Shown here: positions 30,291 to 42,214 of the stretch, piece by piece | Numbering within the stretch: the stretch's first letter is position 1 | Layout: every line of letters starts with the position of its first letter | From: Eledone cirrhosa | Taxonomy: Eukaryota | NCBI GenBank assembly: GCA_964016885.1 | Contig: OZ024743.1 | Span: 333,374,001 to 333,438,000 of the forward strand | DNA length: 64,000 bases | Direction of reading: 5' to 3' | Position numbers and translations under genes: made by a program | The notes under the pieces: model-generated | What the model was told of the DNA's origin: nothing | Seen by the model: the letters and a program-made list of their open reading frames with translations, nothing else | Databases searched by the model: none

Positions 30291-30424
30291 AGATTTGTTC
30301 ACTTGGATACCCATCGACACATATAATGAAAAATATATTAGTTTAACGCTTGATATAGTAAGAAAAGAGTCTTTACTTTTCTGACACTAGTCCTTCATCA
30401 GAAGATAGAATGAGAAATAACAGA

Positions 30425-31250
30425 TAATAATGATAATAATAATAATAATGAAATTATTGTGTACAGTGCTCAGGTGCACTACAACTCATCAAAGGTGCAT
30501 GTACATAGAATAATGTACAAATGTCAGGAAAGTGAATAGTGTATGAGTCATGATATACATGTGTGCGTGTATATGGAGGGAGAATATCAAGTGTAGTGTT
30601 GGCGAATTTCAAGGATGCAGTGTCTCGGCAGCTAACAACTGATGCAGGAGGTAGTTTGTTCCATGTTTCAGCAACTCTGAGCGTAAAAAATGTTTCTGAA
30701 AGTCATGGGAGCTGTGCTGTTTTCTGACTTTGTAAGCATGTCCACGTGTGTTAGACACATGGAATTCAAAAAGGTGTTCAGGGTTGTTGTTGGAAAGATG
30801 GTTAATAATTTTGTGGGTGTTTACCAAGTCAGTTGCCAGATGTCGGAGCTTCAATGTATCCATGCCCAGGGAAGCAAGGTGTTCAGAGTATGGTAGATGC
30901 CTGATGGAGGGTATTCGCTTGGTTGCACATCTCTGAACAGTTTCCAGGAGGTCAATATTCTGAGCAAGATAGGGGTTCCAGTCTCGTGATACACCCTCGG
31001 CCTTCTCGGCAATTTTAGAGATGTGTTTTGACCAATGCAAATCACTGCTGACAGTAATGAGATTAGTGTTGTGGAGGGAATATGTGGATGCTGGGTGTTT
31101 CCTCCCAAAATGCATTGTGCTGCACTTGTCCACAGCCAGCTTGAGTTGCCAGTCCGTGATCCATTGCTGCATTGTGTCCAGGTCTGATTGCAGGAAAGGT
31201 CTATAGTAATCAGGATCTGTCCTTTTTTTTTTATCTCAAGCTATAACTTG
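30425..31250 (-). mobile_element. CR1/L2-like LINE 3' fragment with internal deletions
   Basis: MQQWITDWQLKLAVDKC...LETVQRCATKRIP...NTRGHAYK; homologous to 55280-56200; (ATT)n tail at ~30425-30450. Confidence 0.88.
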
Positions 31251-31951
31251 ATGAAATAGAATAATAGAGAGCGAGAAGAGAAAAGAACAGAGGAAATCTT
31301 TTTTTAACAAAAAGCATGTGTGTATTCAGTTAACCATGTATGTATATATCTATGTATGTATGTATGTGATTAGTGGTGGTGCTGGTTATGGTGATGATGG
31401 TGGTGATGGCGGGCTGGAGAGGTGAAGGCGGTCTTCAGACATTGGTATTCATTGACCTCAACATCGGAAGTATCGTCTCTCAATGGCGCACTTTAGACGA
31501 ACAAATATAGTGACAAGAAGAAGAAGAAGACATCTAAATATATATTACAGAGAAGAAAGAAAGAATGAATGAAATAGAGAAAAGATGATTGGAAAAGTAA
31601 AAAAGAAAGAGACACAATGAAAAAGAAATAAAGAAACAAACAACGCAAAAATGACTGGAAAGAAAATGGAAAAATTAAAAAGAAAAACCAAAAAGCAAAG
31701 AAAGAAAAAACGTGGTGGGGTGGGGGAGAAAGTTTAAGACAATAAAAGAATGGAATAAAAGAAAGGAAAAAGGGTGAGGAAAATAAAAGAAAATATAGAC
31801 ACAAAGTTCTGTGAAAAGACGTCCAAGAAATTAACTGCAATAATGGTTTCTAATGTTTGGCACAAGGCCAGCAATTTGTGATTTATATCAACCCTGGTAC
31901 TATATTTTATTTACCCCGTTCAGGGTCCTTGAACTTGCAGCAAAGGAAAGG

Positions 31952-32233
31952 AAACAGCTTGGTATTACACTCCATTGTGAATTGGATATAACTGATATGA
32001 CTGATATGAAACAGCTTGGTATTACACTCCATTGTGAATTGGATATAACTGATATGACTGATATGAAACACCTTGGTATTACACTCCATTGTGAATTGGA
32101 TATAACTGATATGACTGATATGAAACACCTTGGTATTACACTCCATTGTGAATTGGATATAACTGATATGACTGATATGAAACACCTTGGTATTACACTC
32201 CATTGTGAATTGGATATGACGGATATGACTGAT
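31952..32233. repeat. 57-bp minisatellite, 5 copies
   Basis: AAACA(G/C)CTTGGTATTACACTCCATTGTGAATTGGATATAACTGATATGACTGATATG starting at 31952, 32009 and onward. Confidence 0.95.
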
Positions 32234-33019
32234 TTGTTTTTCTAAAATAACAATCTCGTTTGTTTAATTTTGGCCGAAAATTCTAGGATTTATAAAATGG
32301 CCTCCCTTGTCCCTCTTAATCTTTACCCCCCCCCCCCCCCCCCCCCCTATATCGTTCACTCTGCTGGTTCACCCTTTCAATCACTCCCTTCTCTCACCAA
32401 ATATAAAATAAACCTGTTACGAGGTACGAATCTCAGAATTTGTCAACGCTTATTAATGGTCAGACCTGCTCGCTCTCCTGCGAAATGTAATGAAAATGCC
32501 ATTTCTTCTTGTCTCTCCAGCCTCTCGGTCCATTCATTCATCTATCCGTATCATCGCCCAGAATCCAATCTTTGCTCTTTCTCAATGCTATTCTATAATT
32601 CTATCTGGTTGTTCTAAATAATCTTCTTGTATTTTAAACTCCCATTATTCGCTTATTACTGTTATATGCTTGTCCAATTATGCCCAACATTCGAGGATTT
32701 TATTTAAACTCTCTCGCTAACTACCCCATACCCCTCCCACCCGCTCCCACTCTCCACCATTATTATTTGGATCAATCATAAGTCAGCGGCCTATGCTATC
32801 ACTTCTCCTGGTTGCTTTTCGATATGATGGATGGACTAAGGAATTCTGGAGAGTCTGAAAAATCTGGACACTCTGACAATGTCAAAGATAAAGACAAATT
32901 CACCTCATGCTGCCGGACGAAAAGGCAAGGACTCCTCCTCTTTGTTTCGGCCGCGGATGGCCAACATAACCCAACCCCATCCCCCTGACCCCTCCCCGCG
33001 CCCCACCGTTCCCACCCAC

Positions 33020-35288
33020 CAAACGCAATCCAAAACTTCAGAGTTGGTACCATGAATGTAGGCACCTTAAAAGGTCTCTCTAACGAGGTTGTAAAAATGC
33101 TTGAACGTAAGGAGGTTGATGTTTGCTGTATCCAAGAAAAGTGTGTCCTTAATGATGATGGCGTACTTGCCATCACTGATGCTGATAAGAAGGTAGATTG
33201 GAAGTGTCATTACGAAAGGCTACTAAATGAGGAGAATAAATGGGAGAAAGACAGTCTCCCCCACATCGATCCAATAGAGGGACCAGCAGTGCTAGTTGAA
33301 GGTAGTATAATAAGTAAGGCAATCAAAGATATGAAGACGGGTAAGGCGGCTGGGCCTTCGGAAATAGTTGCTGAAATGCTGAAAGCATCTGGAACGGTGG
33401 GACACACTATGGTCACCCGGATAGTAAACCAAGTCATACAGAATGGGGCTGTTCCGAAGGACTGGCGTAGCATCATCATCATTAACTGCTACAAGGGTAA
33501 AGGTAATGCCCTAGAGGGGTAACTATAGAGGCATTAAATTAATCGACCAGGTCATGAAGGTCACAGAAAAAGTAATAGCGCAACTAATCAGAGAGCGAAT
33601 TGATCTAGATGAAATGCAGTTCGGGTTTGTGTCAGGTAAAAGTACCACAGACGCTCTTTTCATTGTATGACAACTACAGGAGAAGTACCTAGCTAAAAGT
33701 AAACCCCTATACTTAGATTTTGTTGACTTGGAGAAAGCCTTTGACAGAGTCCCCCGCTTCATTATCTGGTGGGCTCTTAGAAAACTAGGTGTTGATGAAT
33801 GGCTTGTGAGAGCTATACAAACCATGTATAAAGAAACAGTCAGCAAGGTTAGAATTAACAACGAATATAGTGAAGAGTTTAGCGTAAAAGTTGGTGTTCA
33901 TCAGGGCTCCGTTCTTAGCCCCCTACTATTTATTATTGCCCTTCAGGTTATAACAGAGGAGTTCAAGACCGGCTGCCCATGGGAACTCCTAAATGCAGAT
34001 GATCTAACGCTCATACCTGAATCAATGGTTGAACTAGAGAAGAAATTCCAAACATGGAAGCATGGCCTAGAATCAAAAGGCCTTAAAGTTAACTTGTCTA
34101 AGACTAAAGTTCTAGTTTGTAGGAAGGCAAATAAGGCACCGGTCCCATCTGGGAAATGGTCATGCTCATTGTGTAGGAAAGGAGTAGGCAGAAACTCCAT
34201 TTTATGTCCCAAATGCAAAGTATGGGTGCATAAAAGATGCAGTGGGATCACAGGTAAGCTAACTAAGAATATAGATTTTATATGTGGCCGGTGCTCAGGT
34301 GCAATAAGTAGCAGCAAGTGCCCACAGAATACTAGCTCATTCCATTGCACAGATGGTTCTATAGAAATAGTGGACACCTTCCGTTACCTGGGTGACAAAA
34401 TCAGCAGTGGAGGAGGGTGCTCTGAAAGTACAGTAGCTAGAGTCAGAACGGGATGGAAAATGTTCAGAGAGCTGATACCACTATTGGCCGCTAAAGGTTT
34501 CTCTCTAAAAATGAAAGGTAGGTTGTATGATGCCTGCATACGAACAGCAATGTTACATGGCAGTGAGACTTGGGAATTGTGTGCAGAGGATATACGCAGA
34601 CTGGAGAGAAACGAAGCTTGCATGCTCCGCTGGATGTGTAATAGCAATACGTAAACGGCAAAGCATAAACGAACTAAGGGAGAAATTAGGAATAAGAGGG
34701 ATCAGATGTTGTTTACTCAAGAGAAGACTACGTTGGTATGGTCACGTGATGCGCATGAAAGACGACAGCTGTATAAAAAAGTGCAGGGCGATAAAAATAG
34801 ACGGTAGCCACGGAGTAAGCAGACCCAGAAAAACCTGGGACGACTTGATAAATTCCGACCTCACACACTTACACCTCTCCAAGACAATGTCACTGGACCG
34901 AGATCTTTGGCGCTACACAATACAGAAGACCCGCCTTGCCTAAGTACAAAGCGAAACCTACAGTCAGTAGGCACCTCTAACAAAAATGCCCCTCCCCCTT
35001 CAATACCACAACATCCAGTCCAAAATAAATGAGGTCGCGTAGGTGTCACAACAAAAAAACACACAGTCCACGATGTAATGTGGCCGTGTAGGTAACACGG
35101 TAAAAACCTCCCAGTCCACACTGTAAATGTGGTTGGTGTTAGGAAGGGCATCCAGCCGTGGAAAACCCGCCAGATGGTCCTATGCGAGTGGGACAACCAA
35201 TCTTGCTTCAAGTGGGAGAACTCCCGTCCAAACCCATGCTAGCGTGGAAGATGGACTTTAAACAATGATGATGATGATGATGATGATG
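33020..35288 (+). mobile_element. Decayed RTE-clade LINE: APE start, large deletion, RT with stops and frameshifts, Cys-rich insert, 3' UTR and (GAT)n tail
   Basis: MNVGTLKG...DVCCIQE (APE) joined directly to the pre-RT region; DLEKAFDRV, GVHQGSVLSPLLF, (Y>N)ADDL, FRYLG, RRLRWYGHV; tail GATGATGAT at ~35265-35288. Confidence 0.92.
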
Positions 35289-35419
35289 TTAAGATTATTT
35301 ATCATACTTTTGAAGAATTCTGTGAGTGTATCAAAGTTTTCCTGTCATAAGATAAAACAATCGTTCAAGTATCTTTTCCAGTATGTGAAATGTGTCTCCA
35401 AATAGTAATAGAGATTGAC

Positions 35420-35630
35420 TGTCACTGACACGTGTACCCTTAATGTAGTTCTCAGGGAGATTCAGTGTGACATAGAATATGACAAGGCTGACCTATCAAA
35501 TTACAGCTGAGTGGACTGGAGCAACGTGAAATAGAGTGTTTTGATGAAAGACACATGCGCAGCCGAGAATAGAACTCACGACCTTGCGATTGTGAACCGA
35601 ATACCTTAACGCCAAAGCCAGGTATCTTCA
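35420..35630 (-). mobile_element. tRNA-derived SINE
   Basis: Minus strand has a degenerate tRNA head (GTTAAGGTATTCGG...GTGAGTTCTATTC) followed by ATTTCACGTTGCTCCAGTCCACTCAGC, shared with 44765-45105 and 50848-51110. Confidence 0.7.
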
Positions 35631-35964
35631 TTACTATACCTTAACCCACTCAGTAAAACATCAATCAACCCACTCAAATTACTGGTCTGGGGGTGACAAA
35701 CCTCATCAGGCAACAACCATCATATTACATAGTTTCTATATAGGTTGGGATACCGCACAGTTTCTGCTGATAAAATTCCACCATTCACTTAGGATTGGTT
35801 AAAAGCAGGCAATGGTAGAAGGTAGTTGTCTGTGTTACGACGCAGTGAGATCGAACCCGGAATTATGACTGGTAGGTTGAATGACGTCTTTCATACAATA
35901 ATGTAAATATATACATAGCAAGATAAGTTCAGTTAGAATAAGATGTATGTACGTATGTACGTGG

Positions 35965-36024
<60 letters not shown>

Positions 36025-36116
36025 ATATATGTGTACTTACGTACATACTTAAGTATATATATATGTATATGTGTGTATGTATGTATGTATATGTGTATGT
36101 GTATGTGTATGTGTAT

Positions 36117-36603
36117 GACATCCTGCAGGACTAAAAATAAAACCTGTCAAAGAGCAAAGGAGCTTTTAAGAGTCAATAGCCATCCAAAATCACCGGGAGA
36201 GATGACCCTTAGCCTTTATCAAGGCAGAATTCTAGGAGAAGGAAAACTCTGATATAACACCTACAACCCTGATGATATCCAATGATGTTGACTTGTTCTG
36301 CTTTTTGGTAAATATCATCTTGGTTAAGAGAGTGGGACTGGCTTTGTGCAGTGTCTTTGCTCACTATAAAAGCTTCACGGCACAGGCATTGCTTTATATC
36401 TGGAGATCTCTCTGCACTTGTTGTCACATGGTACCATGGGCCCAGCACTATGTGTCAATAATTGTCACAAGTGTAGTGTTTGTACCAGAGTTTTCAAGTC
36501 GCTGGCTGGACTAAAAAGTCACACTTGTTCAGCACATCGGTAGGAGTTCTCCTACATGGATATAAAGTAGTGGCCGTACTCGAAAACGAGTTGGCAGCCA
36601 CCA
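36117..36603. mobile_element. Unclassified ~600-bp interspersed element, copy lacking its left part
   Basis: Aligns by eye with 41708-42193; ends GAAAACGAGTTGGCAGCCACCA; embedded in (TATG)n. Confidence 0.75.
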
Positions 36604-36617
36604 TATGTGTATGTATA

Positions 36618-37023
36618 TGTCGGGTCACTCTTGAGTGCTACTGGTAACATGTAACCCAGTACAACCTGTCGCATGGTCGGGTCGTTGGCGACTAAACCGG
36701 CAACCCCACCAAGTTTACTTGGTGAGGAGGGTGATTTTGGACACCCTGCAGGACAAAAATCAAAACCTGACAAAGGGCGGAAGAACTCATAATGGTCAAC
36801 GGCCATCCAAAAGTGTGTAAATATGTATATACACATGTACATGTCTGTGTACATGTGTATATGCATGGGTGCATGTGTATGTATTGTCAGAAGTGTAGTG
36901 TTTTTAACAGTTTTCAAGTCGCTGGCTGGACTAAAAAGTCACACTCGTTTAGCGCATCGGTAGGGGTTCTCCTACATGGATATAAAGTAGTGGCCGTACT
37001 CGAAAACGAGTTGGCAACCACCA
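36618..37023. mobile_element. Same ~600-bp element, internally deleted copy (left part 36618-~36811, right part ~36886-37023)
   Basis: Starts TGTCGGGTCAC like 41587; ends GAGTTGGCAACCACCA. Confidence 0.7.
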
Positions 37024-37125
37024 TATATATATGTATGTATATATATATGTATGTATATATATATGTATGTATATGTATGTATGTATATGTATGTATGTAT
37101 ATATGTATATATATATGTATGTATG

Positions 37126-37158
<33 letters not shown>

Positions 37159-37163
37159 GTATG

Positions 37164-37200
<37 letters not shown>

Positions 37201-37384
37201 CGAAGGAAATGTGGTAAGGAACCAGGTGGACCATAACGCACCAAAGTACTCAATACTTGAGGTAGTAGAGTGGGTAATAGGAACCAGTAAGACCCCGACA
37301 GCTGAGCTCAAGCCGTTTCGACGGCTAATTCTGAGAATTAGCCGTCGAAACGGCTTGAGCTCAGCTGTCGGGGTCTTACTGGTT

Positions 37385-37443
<59 letters not shown>

Positions 37444-37448
37444 GTATG

Positions 37449-37491
<43 letters not shown>

Positions 37492-37626
37492 GTATATGTA
37501 TGTGTATATGTATGTATATATGTATGTATATGTATGTATGTATGTATATGTATGTATATATATACATATATATGTATGTATGTATGTATATGTATACATA
37601 TATGTATGTATATGTATGTATGTATG

Positions 37627-37659
<33 letters not shown>

Positions 37660-37880
37660 GTATATATATATATATATATATGTATGTATATGTATGTGTG
37701 TATGTATGTATGTATATATATATATATGTGTATGTATGTATGTATATGTATGTATGTATGTATGTATATATATATATATGTATATATGTATGTATGTATA
37801 TATATATATATATGTATGTATGTATATATGTATGTATGTATATATATATGTATGTATGTATATATATATGTATGTATGTG

Positions 37881-37942
<62 letters not shown>

Positions 37943-38038
37943 TGTATGTATATATATATGTATGTATGTATATATGTGTGTATGTATGTATGTATGTATA
38001 TATGTATGTATGTATATATATATGTATGTATGTATATA

Positions 38039-38071
<33 letters not shown>

Positions 38072-38170
38072 ATATATGTGTATGTATGTATATATATATG
38101 TATGTATGTATATATATATGTATGTATGTATATATATATGTATGTATGTATATATATATGTATGTATGTA
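37024..38170. repeat. Compound (TA)n/(TATG)n microsatellite containing a palindromic insertion
   Basis: Directly visible; source of the spurious Y/I/H/T ORFs. Confidence 0.95.
37200..37389. mobile_element. Penelope-like terminal-repeat remnant in inverted arrangement (56-bp perfect arms)
   Basis: 37277-37332 is the exact reverse complement of 37334-37389; contains a hammerhead 3' half GAAACGGCT...AGCTGTC; flanked by (TA)n. Confidence 0.6.
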
Positions 38171-38740
38171 TCCCAGTACAACCTGTCTCATGGTCGGGTC
38201 GTTGGCGACTAAACTGGCAACCCCACCAAGGTTTCTTGGTGAGGAGGGTGACTTTGGACATCCTGCAGGACTAAAAACAAAACCTGTCAAAGGGCAAGGG
38301 AGCTCTTAAGAGTCAATAGCCATCCAAAATCACCGGGAGAGATGACCCCTTAGCCTTTGTCAAGGCAGAATTCTAGGAGAAGACAAACTCTGATATAACA
38401 CCTGCAACCCTGATGGTATCCAATGATGTTGACTTGTTCTTCTTTTTGGTAAATATCATCTTGGTTAAGAGAGTGGGACTGGCTTTGTGCAGTGCCTTTG
38501 CTCACTATAAAAGCTTCACAGCACAGGCATTGCTTTATATCTGGAGATCTCTCTGCACTTGTCATCACATGATACCATGGGCCCTTCACTATGTGTCAAT
38601 AATGGTCACAAGTGTAGTCTTTGTGCCAGAGTTTTCAAGTCGCTGGCTGGACTAAAAAGTCACATTCGTTCAGTGCATCGGTAGGGGTTCTCCTACATGG
38701 ATATAAAGTAGTGGCCGTACTCGAAAACGAGTGGGCAGCC
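38168..38740. mobile_element. ~600-bp element copy, fused at its right end to Gypsy gag
   Basis: Near-identical to 41620-42189. Confidence 0.8.
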
Positions 38741-41398
38741 GCTTTCGCTAAGCTGGCAAGAATTAGATGGAACGGTGAGCGCGTCGACTTTTTCGCAGCG
38801 GAAATACGGCGATTGGCTCTGTTGGTTGGATATCAGGTGGAATGCGAACGCACGGTTGGCGTTCATAAATGGATTTCCAGACGACATAGCGGTGAAACTG
38901 CAGCAAGTCCCGGGTTACAAAGAAATGGAAATGCGTTCACTGGTGGAACAAGCCCGGATCATAGCAGAAGATGCCAAAAAGAGTGTTGCGGCGATAGCAA
39001 CTACAGAGGCTCAAGACAGCTGGCAGCAAAATGGTGAAAGGGAGGCAACCACGGCACGCGGTCGCCCGCGAACGTTTAGAGGTTGCTGTTTTCGGTGCCA
39101 GGACCCGCACATGGCTAGAGACTGCAGAGAGTCAAGGCCAGAAATAATATGCTACCGGTGTAAGCGACCAGGCCACATCGCTACTAACTGCGACCAGGGA
39201 AACGATCCAAGGGGATCTATTGCGCCGGGAGTTGCCCCTTACGAGTAGAGGAACTGCCCGTGGTGGAAGTCTTCGTGAGGGGAAAGCCACAGCGAGCCCT
39301 CGTGGACACGGGCTGTACGACGACACTAGTGACCGCGGGGGTGGCGCAGAGGTGGAGAGGGAAGAGCAGCGTAAGAGCAGTCGACGGCAGGAAAATTGAA
39401 TGCTGAGGTCGCAGCGAGATGGAAATAGCGGTACGGGGAAGGAAAATAAGGCTTTCTGCAGCGTAGTAGACAGCGTGGTGGATGGGATCGGCGTGGTTAT
39501 AGGCCTGGACGCAATTGGCCGTCTAGGAGGCGTCACAGTGAACAACGTCGGTGTGTCGTTTGGCACCGCTGCATCGGTATGCGCTGTGAGTGCGTGACAG
39601 GAGAACCATATGGTGCGATGCCAGCAGCATAGCGCTGGGTGTCACGTTGGAGATAGGAGGTGTTGAGGTCGAGGATGCAGCCTGGCTTAGGAAGAAGGAC
39701 GACTGCAACCACATCAATGTGGCCAAGTTGGACGCAGTGTTGAGAGGGGTGCTGTACTCGGAAGAGAGTGCGAACGAGAGGGGCGGCGGAGATGCTGATA
39801 AAGCGCCGCCTGGGAACTTTAGGAGAGCTGGCCACCGAGTTCGACCTGAGGCTGAGCGTAGTTTTCGTGCCTTCAGAGAAAAATAGGGCGGACATCTTAA
39901 CTAGGGTGAAGAAAGCCTGGATGGAAGCGCCGGAGGAGGTAGCGGATGAGATAGCTGCCGTGTGTCGGCTGACCGAGTCGGATCTGAAAGGGTTGCATGA
40001 CATGCACCACATGGGAGTGGATAGGAGCCTGTTCCTAGCCAGGAGAATCGACTCGGACGTTAACAGACACAGTGTTCAAAGGGTGGCTAGAGGCTGCGTC
40101 CGATGTCAGTCCATTGATCTCGCCCCGGGTGTACACGAAACGGGAAGCCTCCTGGTGGATCGCGACTGGAAGCGATTGGCAGTGGATGTAACGCACTACC
40201 GACAGGGAACGTACCTCTCGATGGTCGACTGTGGACCAGGACGGATGGCGATATGGAGGAAGATGAAGACTGGAACGGCCGAGGAAATCATGCGGACGTT
40301 GAGAGAGGTGTTCTTGGAGCGGGGCCCTGTGGACGAACTGCTGATGGACAACAGCGCAGCGTTCCGCTCGGAGGCGCTGAGGGAGATGCTCGATGGATGG
40401 AAGGTGGACCGTTTCTTCAGAGCAGCGCACAGGCCGAGCGGGAATGGAATTGTGGAGCGACACCACCGGACGATCAAGGCAATGGTGGAGCGGGACCACA
40501 TCTCACCAATGGAGGCAGTGTTCTGGTACAACATGTCCCCTCGGGTGGGACAGGTCGAGGAATCGGTGCCACACAGAGCAGTATTCAGATACGAGTGGCG
40601 GCACCCGTTTACGCCACCACATCAGCCAGTGGGGAGAGAGAGTGCATTCGTGCAGGTGGGCGAAGAAGTCTGAGTTAAGCCCCCAGATGCACGTTGCACA
40701 TCTCAATGGGGAAGGGGAACGGTGACGGCCATAAATTCCCAGAACAATGTGTCCGTGGACGGAGTACCACGTCATGTCCTGGATGTCCGTAGAATCACTG
40801 TGTCGACGGACTCCGAGGAAGAGGAAACCCAAAGTGCTGCCCCAACACTGTGGAGATCGCAAAGAAATCGTAAACCACCAACCTGGACAGCAGACTTTCA
40901 TATGCAGAAGGACGAGGGGGAAATTGATCCTTGAGATCAGGGGGGCATGTGGGTATGGTGTGGCGTGCGGTGGCCGGAAGCGGGGGAGTGCTCGACCGGA
41001 AGGGTGCTTGGCCGGAAGGATGCTCGACTGGAAGGGCCAGCAGATGGCTCTCTCTAGTGGTGACCAGCAACGGTGTGGATGCGAGTTTTGGCAGCTCCCG
41101 GTGTTAAGCAGCTGGACGCACGTGGAAGAGGAGAGACCAGCAGTGGAATTTAGCGGCGCCTATGAAAAGCGGTAAGTGAGATAGCTTTTTCTAACCACAT
41201 ATGTATACATACATACATACATATATATATATGTATATGTATATGTATATATATATGCATATATATATACGCAAAAGCGAGGGTGGCTGGGTGTATTAGC
41301 GTTTCTGTTTGGTTCATCTTTCTATTGGTTCTCAGAAATAATACAACAGATTCATTGCAGTAATTACTGCGGCCGACTTGAAACACGACGCAACAACA
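38741..41398 (+). mobile_element. Ty3/Gypsy LTR retrotransposon remnant: gag, protease, partial RNase H, integrase, PPT and 3' LTR; RT deleted
   Basis: Zinc knuckles CFRCQDPHMARDC and CYRCKRPGHIATNC; protease ALVDTGCTTTLV; RNase H WCDASSIALG; integrase HDMHH...CVRC, LAVD, MDNSAAF, NGIVERHHRTIK; PPT AGGGGGG at 40939-40945 followed by TGT at 40948; LTR ends approximately at ...CAACA 41398. Confidence 0.9.
39768..40673 (+). pseudogene. Gypsy integrase reading frame (HHCC + DDE), premature stop at 40671
   Basis: 301-aa ORF with the motifs above; the TGA replaces an expected Trp in the GEEV(W)VKP motif. Confidence 0.85.
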
Positions 41399-41586
41399 TA
41401 CATAGAACAGCAAACAATTGAAAGATGTGTATATGCATATATATATATGTCTGTGTGTATGTATATATATATATATATATATAGATATGTGTGTGTATGT
41501 ATATATATATACATGTGTGTGTTTGTTTACCATAATCATAACGTACATGTGTACGTACGTATGTATATGTGTATGTATGTATGGCA

Positions 41587-42193
41587 TGTCAGGTCACCAG
41601 TTGGTGCTATTGGTAACATGTATCCCAGTACAACCTGTCTCATGGTCGGGTCGTTGGCGACTAAACTGGCAACCCCACCAAGGTTTCTTGGTGAGGAGGG
41701 TGACTTTGGACATCCTGCAGGACTAAAAACAAAACCTGTCAAAGGGCAAAGGAGCTCTTAAGAGTCAATGGCCATCCAAAATCACCAGGAGAGATGACCC
41801 CTTAGCCTTTGTCAAGGCAGAATTCTAGAAGGAAAACTCTGATATAACACCTGCAACTCTGATGGTATCCAATGATGTTGACATGTTCTTCTTTTTGGTA
41901 AATATCATCTTGGTTAAGAGAGTGGAACTGGCTTTGTGCAGTGCCTTTGCTCACTATAAAAGCTTCACGGCACAGGCATTGCTTTATATCTGGAGATCTC
42001 TCTGCACTTGTTGTCACATGGTACCATGGGCCCAGCACTATGTGTCAATAATTGTCACAAGTGTAGTGTTTGTACCAGAGTTTTCAAGTCGCTGGCTGGA
42101 CTAAAAAGTCACACTCGTTCAGCGCATCGGTAGGAGTTCTCCTACATGGATATAACGTAGTGGCCGTACTCGAAAACGAGTTGGCAGCCACCA
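41587..42193. mobile_element. Most complete copy (607 bp) of the unclassified element; TG...CA ends
   Basis: TGTCAGGTCAC...GGCAGCCACCA, flanked on both sides by TATG repeats. Confidence 0.8.
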
Positions 42194-42214
42194 TGTATGT
42201 ATGTAAGCTTTATT

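Noticed and set aside
31853-32245. 130-aa repeat protein (KQLGITLHCELDITDMTDM)n
   Set aside because: A 57-bp minisatellite open on both strands, starting inside a SINE fragment, with no splice signals.
35933-38309. Tyr/Ile/His/Thr-rich ORFs up to 410 aa
   Set aside because: These are translations of (TA)n/(TATG)n microsatellites.
38168-42193. The ~600-bp repeats as the two LTRs of the Gypsy element
   Set aside because: The element has its own PPT and TG-start LTR at 40948. The left repeat joins mid-gag with no PBS or leader, and other copies occur without internal domains.
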